DNA of 32,000 nucleotides. Source: Egibacteraceae bacterium (GTDB lineage Bacteria; Actinomycetota; Nitriliruptoria; Euzebyales; Egibacteraceae). The stretch lies in NCBI GenBank assembly GCA_040905805.1, contig JBBDQS010000048.1, forward strand, positions 1-32,000, written 5' to 3'. Shown piece by piece: positions 25,401 through 32,000 of the stretch. The notes under the pieces were generated by a model that did no database searches, was not told the origin of the DNA, and was given only the letters and a program-made list of their open reading frames with translations. How positions within the stretch are numbered: position 1 is the stretch's first letter; every line of letters begins with the position of its first letter. The translations under genes and the position numbers were made by a program.

Positions 25401-26084
25401 GCCGTTCACGAACGTCCCGTGGGCGCTGCCGAGGTCCGACAGCTGGTAGCCGTCCCCGAACTGACGGACGACCGCATGCTGGGCGGAGACGGCCGGCGCG
25501 TCGAGCACGAGGTCGTTGTCGGGATGGCGGCCGATGCGCAGCTCGTCGCGTTCGGCCACATCGGAGGCCAGGTTGCGGGGGCCCTCCGCGGGCTTCCCCT
25601 GCTCGCTGGAGCTGGCGCGTAGTGCCGCCGTCTGACGCAGGCCGCGCGCCAACCCCGGCTCGCGTTCGAGGAGACGCTGGACGTCCGTGGCACCGATGGC
25701 CCACAGGCGCGCGGCGGTCTCCGCCCGCACGGTGGCGCTGCGCGGCTGGTCGTTCACGAGGGCCATCTCCCCGAAGAACTCCCCGGGGCCCAGCCGGGCG
25801 ATGGGCTCCCGCTGCTCGCCGGCTTCGGGCTCGACCAGCACGGTGCCCTGCTCGATCAGGTAGAGGGCGTCACCGGTGTCGCCCTCCCGCACCACGACCC
25901 GACCGGCGGTCACCTCGATGGGTCGCAGGAGCTCGGCGACGTCGGTCTGCGACAGCGGCGACAGCAGCTGGAAGACCGCCACCCGACTGAGCATCTGCAC
26001 CCGTCGCGGCAGGTCCGTGGCCTCCGGCGTCAGCGGGATGGCACTCGTGGCCTTCTCCGGGCGCTGCTCCTCCCGTCCGACCAT
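22494..26084 (-). CDS. CNB-FHA-MMPL/RND family exporter (about 1196 aa)
   Basis: N-terminal CNB and FHA closely similar to the preceding gene; then two RND halves (GVDFAFHAFGRYKE and IGIGIDFAIHITMRYREEIAQ). ATG at 26084 chosen over the ORF-track start at 26171. Confidence 0.92.
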   Translation of the reverse strand: MVGREEQRPEKATSAIPLTPEATDLPRRVQMLSRVAVFQLLSPLSQTDVAELLRPIEVTAGRVVVREGDTGDALYLIEQGTVLVEPEAGEQREPIARLGPGEFFGEMALVNDQPRSATVRAETAARLWAIGATDVQRLLEREPGLARGLRQTAALRASSSEQGKPAEGPRNLASDVAERDELRIGRHPDNDLVLDAPAVSAQHAVVRQFGDGYQLSDLGSAHGTFVNGAPVRVAELKDGDQIRLADQRLVFDVRGLKRGDQRRETPSPEPAGPEPVVPKRDPDEPSRLVRWMARRSGIVIALALAATALLAVPFLALPPDGFASQEPAGEVFTARDFVNERFASPTFLIPFVVEARDGDLLRAEPLAELLANGQALRDDPDIGPKLWSFFDPQADMEVDGLHTIADMVDAELRQTGIGGLAAANDADVRSAASRLIEDAGIAELGLSAQSTRDPDTGDWLVPATSFVVLADDDAVGGPPAGATIGVDDTTKEEFARDVVEVLEGGEAHSRTWGIAIDVNLTSAEQGQAAGPFIGFAILGVLFIVGLTYRSYWPVAIVGGGLATLIVWLNGLSNLLGMEADQILSTIVPIAMISFGVDFAFHAFGRYKEVRAAGTTPRVGLLLGMSGVMGALVLALSSDAAAFLANVSSGIQSIVQFGIAASLGLLSAFLVLGIVAPVVLMRVEERVGPAPRSPRRRLLAVVGSVLASGAAMGSVVLSAFVLPAAGVALLGLYIVAFLVAPCVIAGRAAASPQPVTADGAVTEPATSEPRASDPGRLATTLGGVVAGLARYRVALLPVVLGITVGCAFFAVQVPAEFDVNDFFTPDSDFVVGLDKIDEHFAGSVGEPGIVYLEGDLTDPRALTAVQEFVDAIHAADSPALARDDDGRVQLEDGVLGVVRDVAEAPAAAAAVAASAGVELTDDDGDGLPDTAEQLAAVYTTVLEAGVAADEARLARTPDAVGEVLYQSPDGETQASRVDFPITGTRGQEGVEAARTQLEPLVADLEDRLQAIDPAATAVLTGAPFARQASLDAIARALQISLPIAIVLCLLVAAIFMRSLRYAVVSIVPILLVVAWLYAFMYAFGFTINLVTATIGAISIGIGIDFAIHITMRYREEIAQFSTREAALRATGASTGLALGASALSSMLGFGILALAPMPLFASYGLLTAVMIFLALAASLLVLPSLLALVSRDPVAPG

Positions 26085-26237
26085 GCCGCACCCTCCGGTC
26101 CGCGGACTCGGGCGCCAGGTGAGGGAGCTCGCCCCTCGCCTTGCTCGACCACGCCGTTCAACGCGTCCCACACGCGCCGGGTCATCCTAGCAGCGAGGCA
26201 GGCCCGGACGGCCGCTGTGGGCCGTGGGCCCCCGCGT

Positions 26238-27812
26238 CTAGGCGAACCACCAGGCGAGCACCCCGGCCGCCAGTGCGTAGGCGAGCGCGATCCATGCGGT
26301 TCGGCGCAGCACGTCGCCCTCCTGGCCGCTGAGGCCGACCGTTGCGCCGGCCGCCACGATGTTGTGGGGGCAGACGATGTTGCCGATCGCGGCGCCCGCA
26401 CCCTGCGCCCCGGCCATGGCGGGCACGGGCAGGGCCAGCGACTCCGCGGTGGCGACCTGGAAGTCGGTGAACAGGATGTTCGAGGCCGTCGCCGAGCCGG
26501 TCACGAAGGTGCCGAGCGCCCCCACCAGCGGCGCCACCAGGGGCCAGCCCCCGCCCGCAGCGGCGGTGGCCGCCACCGCGAGGCTGTCCGTCATGCCCGC
26601 ATGGACCATGAGCCGGGAGATCGCGAGCATCGCCACCAGGGCGACCGCGACGGGCCCCAGCCGGCCGACCGTGGTCCGCACCGCCCTCCACACCGCCCCA
26701 GCCGACGTGCCCTGCAGCAAGGCCCCGATGGCGAAACCCACGACGAGCATCGTCCCGGGGTGGTACAAGGGCGCGATGCTGCCGGTGAAGCGCCCGCCGA
26801 GCTCCCAGTCGAGGGTGACGGCGGTCAGCGTGTCGCGGACGACGGGCACGAGCCGGGTCGTGAGCACGGCCGCGACCAGCACCAGGTAGGGCGCGGCGGC
26901 GCGGGCGGCGGCGCGCGCCCCGCCGGTTGGCGGGCCGCCCTCCGTCTCCAGGGCCGCGCCGGTCGGGGTGGCGGATCCGGCGGTGGTCCGCGCGGCGGTC
27001 CGGCGTGCGACGAGCAGCGCGCCGGCGAACACCGCACCGCCCGCCAGGGCGCCGCCGAGCGTCGGCAGCTCCGGACCGACGTGGCGGGAGAGCAGGTGGT
27101 AGGGCAGGAGGAACGACGCCCCGGCGAGGACCCCCCACGGCCAGAGGCGCCCGTGCTCCTGGCCCGCCGCGGGCAGGGCCCGTCGAACCAGGAGCAGGAC
27201 GACCGTCAGCAACAGCCCGCCGAGCAGGACGTGGTAGATGCCCGTGGCACGCGACAGCTCGAGGCCGGACAGCCCCGTGGCGGCGACCTGCGGGATGATC
27301 GGTGTGCCCACCGCGCCGAACGACACCCCGATGGCGTGGCCGACCATGGGGATCGCCACCGCGTCGACCCGGGGGAACCCGGAGCTGACCAGGAACGGCG
27401 CGGCCAGCGCGACGGACGCCCCGAACCCGGCGGCGCCCTCGACGAACAGGGCGAAGAACCAGGCGATGAGCACGGCCAGCAACCGCGGGTCGGCGGTGAG
27501 GCGACCGAGCGCGAGGCGCAGCACCTCGGTGGCGCCGGTCGCGTTCTGCAGGTGGTGGATGGCCAGCGCCGGCACGATGATCCAGAGGATCGTTGCGGCG
27601 GTGAAGGCCGACTCGGCGACGACGCCGCCGAATGCGGTGCCGGCAGCCAGCTGGCCGTCAACACCCCGTCCGAATCCGAACGCCGCGAGGGCGACCACCG
27701 CGGTCGCCGCGACCCCGGCCAGCCCGGCGCGTGCAGCCGACCAGCGCAGCGCGACCATGAGCACCAGGATCAGCACGACCGGCGTGCCGGCCAGCAGCGC
27801 GTCGACGGCCAT
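26238..27812 (-). CDS. lldP: L-lactate permease family transporter (LctP/LldP)
   Basis: FVEGAAGFGASVALAAPFLVSSGF; AVGTPIIPQVAATG; FVTGSATASNILF; GAGAAIGNIVCPHNIVAAGATVGLSGQEG. Confidence 0.92.
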   Translation of the reverse strand: MAVDALLAGTPVVLILVLMVALRWSAARAGLAGVAATAVVALAAFGFGRGVDGQLAAGTAFGGVVAESAFTAATILWIIVPALAIHHLQNATGATEVLRLALGRLTADPRLLAVLIAWFFALFVEGAAGFGASVALAAPFLVSSGFPRVDAVAIPMVGHAIGVSFGAVGTPIIPQVAATGLSGLELSRATGIYHVLLGGLLLTVVLLLVRRALPAAGQEHGRLWPWGVLAGASFLLPYHLLSRHVGPELPTLGGALAGGAVFAGALLVARRTAARTTAGSATPTGAALETEGGPPTGGARAAARAAAPYLVLVAAVLTTRLVPVVRDTLTAVTLDWELGGRFTGSIAPLYHPGTMLVVGFAIGALLQGTSAGAVWRAVRTTVGRLGPVAVALVAMLAISRLMVHAGMTDSLAVAATAAAGGGWPLVAPLVGALGTFVTGSATASNILFTDFQVATAESLALPVPAMAGAQGAGAAIGNIVCPHNIVAAGATVGLSGQEGDVLRRTAWIALAYALAAGVLAWWFA

Positions 27813-27845
27813 GGATACCCTCCTGCGCCAGCCGGGTTCCGGGAG

Positions 27846-28850
27846 CTAGTTGAGCCGCTCGGCCGTCACCACGTGCAGCCCGCCGTCGCCACGTTCGAAC
27901 GCGCTGATGTTGCCCAGGGTGGTCTCGGCGATGTGCGCGAGCGCCTCGGCCGTGAAGAACGCCTGGTGGCCGGTGATGACCACGTTGGGGAAGGTCTGCA
28001 GCCGGGCGAACACGTCGTCGGTGATCACCCGGTCGGACAGGTCCTGGAAGAACAGCGCCTCCTCCTCCTCGTACACGTCCAGGCCGAGGGCGCCGAGCTT
28101 GCCGGACTTCAGGCCGTCGACGACCGCGCCGGTGTCGACCAGTGCGCCCCGGCTGGTGTTGATCAGCATGGCGCCGTCGCGCATCAGCCCCAGGGCGTCG
28201 GCGTCGATGAGGTGATGGGTCTCGGGGGTCAGCGGACAGTGCAGCGAGACGATGTCGGCCTCGGCCAGCAGCTGCGGCTGGGGCACATACTGGACGCCGA
28301 CCGCCAGGCACTCGTCGCTGGGGGAGGGGTCGAAGGCGAGCAGCCGGCAGCCGAACCCGGCCATGATGCGGGCGAAGACCCGGCCGATGGCCCCGGTCCC
28401 GACGATGCCCACCGTCTTGCCGCACAGGTCGAAGCCGAGCAGGCCGACGAGGGAGAAGTTGCCCTCCCGCACCCGGGCGTGCGCCCGATGGATCTTGCGG
28501 TTGAGCGTGAGGATCAGCGCGACGGTGTGCTCCGCGACCGCGTGGGGCGAGTACGCCGGGACCCGTGCCACCGTGGTGCCCAGCTCGGCGGCGCGGGCGA
28601 GGTCCACGTGGTTGAACCCGGCGGAGCGCAGCGCGACGAGCCGGACGGACTGCTCGGCGAGGGCGGCCAGGACCTCCGCCCCGAGATCGTCGTTGACGAA
28701 GGCGCACACGGCGTCGAAGCCGGACGCCAGGGGTGCGGTCTCCACGGTCAGGCGGGGCTCCAGGAACACCAGGTCGTGCCCGTGGTCCCCGTTGGCCCGG
28801 TCAAGGTACTGCCGGTCGTACGCTTTGGTGCTGAACACCCCGACCTTCAC
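27846..28850 (-). CDS. D-lactate dehydrogenase / D-2-hydroxyacid dehydrogenase
   Basis: MKVGVFSTKAYDRQYL; LRSAGFNHVDL; VPAYSPHAVAEHTVALILTLNRK; GKTVGIVGTGAIGRVFARIM; INTSRGALVDT. GTG start. Confidence 0.92.
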   Translation of the reverse strand: MKVGVFSTKAYDRQYLDRANGDHGHDLVFLEPRLTVETAPLASGFDAVCAFVNDDLGAEVLAALAEQSVRLVALRSAGFNHVDLARAAELGTTVARVPAYSPHAVAEHTVALILTLNRKIHRAHARVREGNFSLVGLLGFDLCGKTVGIVGTGAIGRVFARIMAGFGCRLLAFDPSPSDECLAVGVQYVPQPQLLAEADIVSLHCPLTPETHHLIDADALGLMRDGAMLINTSRGALVDTGAVVDGLKSGKLGALGLDVYEEEEALFFQDLSDRVITDDVFARLQTFPNVVITGHQAFFTAEALAHIAETTLGNISAFERGDGGLHVVTAERLN

Positions 28851-30094
28851 GCTTGGTCCTCTCTCGTGGTGGGCGTCGCCACCGTTGCGCGGCGAGCCGG
28901 CTGTGACCGGGCCGTGAGCACCGCCTGGGAGCCGACCACGGCCACCACGAGCAGCCAGCCGCTGCGAGCGGCCACGGCGCCGAGCATGCCACCCGACGCC
29001 CCGAGCATCGCAGCAACCACGATCAGCGCCACTCCGAGGTTCAGGGCCAGCGGGCGCAGCCGCCCGAACGTCTCCAGACGCCGGCGGATCGCGGTGCGCG
29101 ACGCCGGGTCCGTCCCGCGCACCATCGGGGCGAGGTAGCCGAGCGCACCGAGGATCGCCTGGCCCAGCACGCCGAGCAGCAGGAGGACCCCGAGCGCGTC
29201 GAGCATGGACAGTTGTCCGGTGGCGACCACGAGCACGTCGGCCCACACGGCCAGCACGAGCCACCCGCAGGCGGCCTGCAGCAGCCGGGCGTGCGCGGAC
29301 GGATGCGACCGCTTCCCGGCGCGCAGCACACCCAGGCACACCACGGTCGCGCCGGCCGCATACACCGCCAGGCCGCCGGCGGCGAGCAGCTGCGCCGCCA
29401 GGGCGCCGGCTCCGCCGACGCCGGTCAGCAGCAGCGCCACCGTGGCGACGGTGAGCCCCGTCGCCGCATGGCGCAGGGCGGGCACGGCGGCATCGTCCGC
29501 GCCCTCCTCGATCCTCGTGCGCATCACGGTGGGCCCAAAGAACACCACCGTCGCGAGCAGCGTCAACCCGCCCCAGCCGAGGACGTTGACGTGCAGGTGC
29601 GCGATGCGCCCCGCGCCGTACCAGGCACCGGAGAGCACGCCCGCGCCCAGGAGCCCGCCGAGCAGCGCGCCGTGGAGGAACGCCCCGCAGGCCCGTTCGT
29701 AGCCGCGGACGACGAAGGCGAACCGCGCGGCGAGCGCCTGCCGCCGGGCCCGGCGCAGATCGACGTACAGCCAGCACACCGCGGCGGTGAGCGCCACCGC
29801 GCCGGCGAGGAACACCCCGGTCAGACCGGTGGGAAGCCCAGCAACGAGGAGCACCACACCGGCGTTGAGCAGCAGGAAGCGACCGTGGCGGGCGGATCGT
29901 GCGGGTGTGTGCAGGACCGTCTGGGCGAAGTGGTGGGTGAGGGCGACGACCAGGTTGGAGACCACCCCCAGGGTGAACAGGTGCACGGCAGCCCACCGCC
30001 CGCCGGGCAGCGCGTCACCGACGCCGACCCACACGATCGCCGCGAGCGCGTAGACCGCGCTCGCGACGACGGCGGGCAGCAGCGTGCGTCGCAC
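28847..30094 (-). CDS. polytopic membrane protein of the type found next to copper oxidases/NO-related genes (NnrS- or heme-copper-like His pattern)
   Basis: Many TM segments with conserved-looking His (AAVHLFTLGVVSNLVVALTHHFAQTVLH; IAHLHVNVLGWGGLTLLATVVFFGPTVMRTR). Confidence 0.6.
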   Translation of the reverse strand: MRRTLLPAVVASAVYALAAIVWVGVGDALPGGRWAAVHLFTLGVVSNLVVALTHHFAQTVLHTPARSARHGRFLLLNAGVVLLVAGLPTGLTGVFLAGAVALTAAVCWLYVDLRRARRQALAARFAFVVRGYERACGAFLHGALLGGLLGAGVLSGAWYGAGRIAHLHVNVLGWGGLTLLATVVFFGPTVMRTRIEEGADDAAVPALRHAATGLTVATVALLLTGVGGAGALAAQLLAAGGLAVYAAGATVVCLGVLRAGKRSHPSAHARLLQAACGWLVLAVWADVLVVATGQLSMLDALGVLLLLGVLGQAILGALGYLAPMVRGTDPASRTAIRRRLETFGRLRPLALNLGVALIVVAAMLGASGGMLGAVAARSGWLLVVAVVGSQAVLTARSQPARRATVATPTTREDQA

Positions 30095-30095
30095 G

Positions 30096-31424
30096 TCACT
30101 CCTCGACGATCAATGCGGTGACCATCCCGAACATCCCGTCGGGGCCTTCGGCGTGGGTCAGGATGTGGCAGTGCCAGGCCCAGCTGCCGGGCTCGGTCGC
30201 GTCCACGATGACGTCCACCCGGTCCCCGGGTGACACGAGGATGTTGTCGGCGGTGTACGGCGCGTCGAGCGGATAGCCGTCCTTGGCGACGACGCGCTGG
30301 GGCATGCCGTGCAGGTGCATCGGGTGGATCTCGAGTCCCTCGTTCATGTAGCGCACCCGCACCCGTTGGCCCCGCTCGACCACCACCGGCTCCGTGGCCG
30401 GGAAGCCCTTGCCGTTCAGGGTGTACCCGAGGGGCCCGTCGTTCAGGATCATCACGTAGTCGACATCGACCTCGGGGTCGTCGGGGTCGTGGACGATCAA
30501 GGCGCCGAGCAACCCGGATGGCACCTGGCGGGCCGAGTCGAAGTGCGAGTGGTACATGTGCGAGCCGGCGTTGCGGGCGGTGAACTCGTAGGTGAACGAG
30601 TCGCCGGGCAGGACCGAGTCCTGGGTGAGGCCGGGCACCCCGTCCATCTCGTTGGGCAGGACCAGCCCGTGCAGGTGCAGGGAGGTCGGCACCGTCATCT
30701 CGTTGTGCAGCACGATGCGCACGTCGTCGCCGAGGTCGATGTCGAGGCGCGGTCCGGGGACCTGGCCGTTGAACGCCATGCCGGCCTTCGTGACGCCGGG
30801 CTCGGTCTCCCACTCGATCTCCTCGGCGGTCAGGTCGAACACCAGCGTGCCGTCGTCGTCCACCTCGGGCTCCAGCGGCTGGTTGCCGCGGCCCTCGGTG
30901 TCGGCCGGAAAGGCCGACAGGTCGTCGTGCTTGGCGGCCATCTCCTCGGCGGTCATCTCCTCGGCGGTCGCGCCGTGCGCCTCGTGCGCCTCGGGGCTGC
31001 CTGGGTCCCCGTCGTCGGCCACGGTGAGCGTGGCGTGCATCCCCGCGCCCTCGTGGCCGGCGACGGTGCACAGGACCGCGTAGTCCCCGGCCGCAAGCGG
31101 CCCGGTCTCCAGCGTCGCGGTCTCCCCGGACTGCAGCAGGGGCGTCTCCCCCACCCCGTCGATCGCGAAGTCGTGGGGCACCCCTCCCTCGTTGGTGACC
31201 TCCACGACCAGCGGGACGCCCGCGGGGGCGGTCAGCGTCTCAGGCTCGATGGCGAACTCCGTGAGGGTGACCGCCAGGGCCGCCGGCGCGTCCCCTTCCG
31301 CCGGCGGACTCGCGGAGTCCGCATAGCCGCCGGTGAACAGCAGCCAGACCGTGACGGTGAGCACCAGCGTCAGCACCCCGGCGATCGCTGCCCACACCCT
31401 GGCGAATCCGCTGACACCGCTCAT
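30096..31424 (-). CDS. multicopper oxidase with N-terminal cupredoxin domain
   Basis: N-terminal PHDFAIDG...CTVAGHEGAGM; then HLHGL, MYHSHFDSARQVPSGLLG, HPMHLHGM, WHCHILTHAEGPDGM copper ligands. ATG at 31448 is an alternative start. Confidence 0.9.
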   Translation of the reverse strand: MSGVSGFARVWAAIAGVLTLVLTVTVWLLFTGGYADSASPPAEGDAPAALAVTLTEFAIEPETLTAPAGVPLVVEVTNEGGVPHDFAIDGVGETPLLQSGETATLETGPLAAGDYAVLCTVAGHEGAGMHATLTVADDGDPGSPEAHEAHGATAEEMTAEEMAAKHDDLSAFPADTEGRGNQPLEPEVDDDGTLVFDLTAEEIEWETEPGVTKAGMAFNGQVPGPRLDIDLGDDVRIVLHNEMTVPTSLHLHGLVLPNEMDGVPGLTQDSVLPGDSFTYEFTARNAGSHMYHSHFDSARQVPSGLLGALIVHDPDDPEVDVDYVMILNDGPLGYTLNGKGFPATEPVVVERGQRVRVRYMNEGLEIHPMHLHGMPQRVVAKDGYPLDAPYTADNILVSPGDRVDVIVDATEPGSWAWHCHILTHAEGPDGMFGMVTALIVEE

Positions 31425-31528
31425 GTCCACCCCTTCGTCGTCGGGCATGGCCCGTGGCCTGCCCGCCATGCGTCCCAGAATCCCGCGCCGCGCTCGGGCG
31501 CGAGAAGGCCGCCGGACCCGGTGCGGAA

Positions 31529-31563
31529 GGGACCTTCGGCCACCCCGGCCAGGGTCCTTCGGC
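31529..31563. promoter_or_regulatory. tandem operator-like repeat GGGACCTTCGGC / GGGTCCTTCGGC
   Basis: 11/12 identity, start-to-start 23 bp, inside the divergent intergenic region between the multicopper oxidase and the response regulator. Confidence 0.4.
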
Positions 31564-31662
31564 AGCACCTCGACCGGCCCGGTGGGCGCTAGGCTCTCCC
31601 GTGCGGGCCGCCCTGCGACGCGTCGGCCCGACGACACGACCACGCAACGGAAAGGGCTTGCG

Positions 31663-32000
31663 GTGATCCGGGTGATGCTGGTCGACGACCACGAGGTGGT
31701 CCGCACGGGCATCCGGGCTTTGATCGAGTCCCACGAGGACCTGACGGTCGTCGCCGAGGCCGCGAGCGCCGACGAGGCCGTCCTGCGGGCCCGCAGCTAC
31801 GCCCCCGACGTGGTGGTGATGGACGTGCGCCTGCCCGACCGCTCCGGCGTGTTGGCGTGCCGGGACATCCGCGCCGAGCATCCCGAGATCGCGGTGCTCA
31901 TGCTCACCAGCTTCTCCGACGACCAGGCCCTGTTCGACTCGATCATGGCCGGTGCCGCCGGCTACATCCTGAAGCAGATCCGTGGCAGCGACCTCGTCGA
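31663..32000 (+). CDS. NarL/LuxR-family response regulator, DevR/DosR-like (cut by window end)
   Basis: VIRVMLVDDHEVVRTGIRALIESHEDLTVVAEA...DVVVMDVRLPDRSG...MLTSFSDDQALFDSIMAGAAGYILKQIRGSDLV. Confidence 0.9.
   Translation, partial: MIRVMLVDDHEVVRTGIRALIESHEDLTVVAEAASADEAVLRARSYAPDVVVMDVRLPDRSGVLACRDIRAEHPEIAVLMLTSFSDDQALFDSIMAGAAGYILKQIRGSDLV

Noticed and set aside
26118-26140. Imperfect dyad GGTGAGGG/CCCCTCGCC upstream of the RND gene
   Set aside because: Imperfect, GC-rich and without a T-tract; cannot be distinguished from compositional background.
26217-29138. 973-aa + strand ORF
   Set aside because: Antisense to lactate permease, D-LDH and the membrane protein gene; composition (H/G/D/Q/R-rich repeats) is that of a shadow frame.
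1-32000. CRISPR arrays, tRNA/rRNA genes, transposases, integrases, phage genes
   Set aside because: No regularly spaced repeats, RNA gene signatures or mobile-element protein motifs were recognised. Subtle ncRNAs cannot be excluded without covariance-model searches.

Overview
High-GC, probably actinobacterial, 32 kb window, read by eye from the sequence and the supplied ORF track, with no database searches. About 85% is coding. (1) A collinear + strand locus (425-12843) encodes a dissociated fatty-acid/type II PKS-like pathway. It contains a KR (FabG), an unusually long ACP, AcpS, two hot-dog dehydratases, an active KS, a Cys-less KS, a KS-CLF-like fusion, a CrtI/CRTISO-like FAD oxidoreductase, two SnoaL-like paralogs, a deazaflavin-dependent nitroreductase-family protein, a DUF1772/anthrone-oxygenase-like protein, a truncated FAD protein and a complete FAD monooxygenase. 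(2) Flanking genes encode a KAS III-like protein that has lost its catalytic triad, a Cys-less redoxin, and a tryptophan-halogenase-family gene broken by internal lesions. (3) A signalling/export block (16117-26084) has tandem calcineurin-type phosphoesterases (one with a Ser in metal motif I), a stand-alone cyclic-nucleotide-binding (CNB) protein, a flavin reductase, a PNPOx-CNB fusion, a CNB-FHA-ABC exporter and a CNB-FHA-MMPL/RND exporter. (4) A lactate permease / D-lactate dehydrogenase / membrane protein / multicopper oxidase set lies divergent to a NarL/DevR-like response regulator cut by the window end. The main hypothesis is an undescribed reducing, polyene- or ladderane-like lipid/polyketide pathway. 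It would be built from catalytic/non-catalytic pairs (KS pairs and a dehydratase pair with reciprocal active-site losses) and physically linked to a cyclic-nucleotide- and FHA-gated export module.
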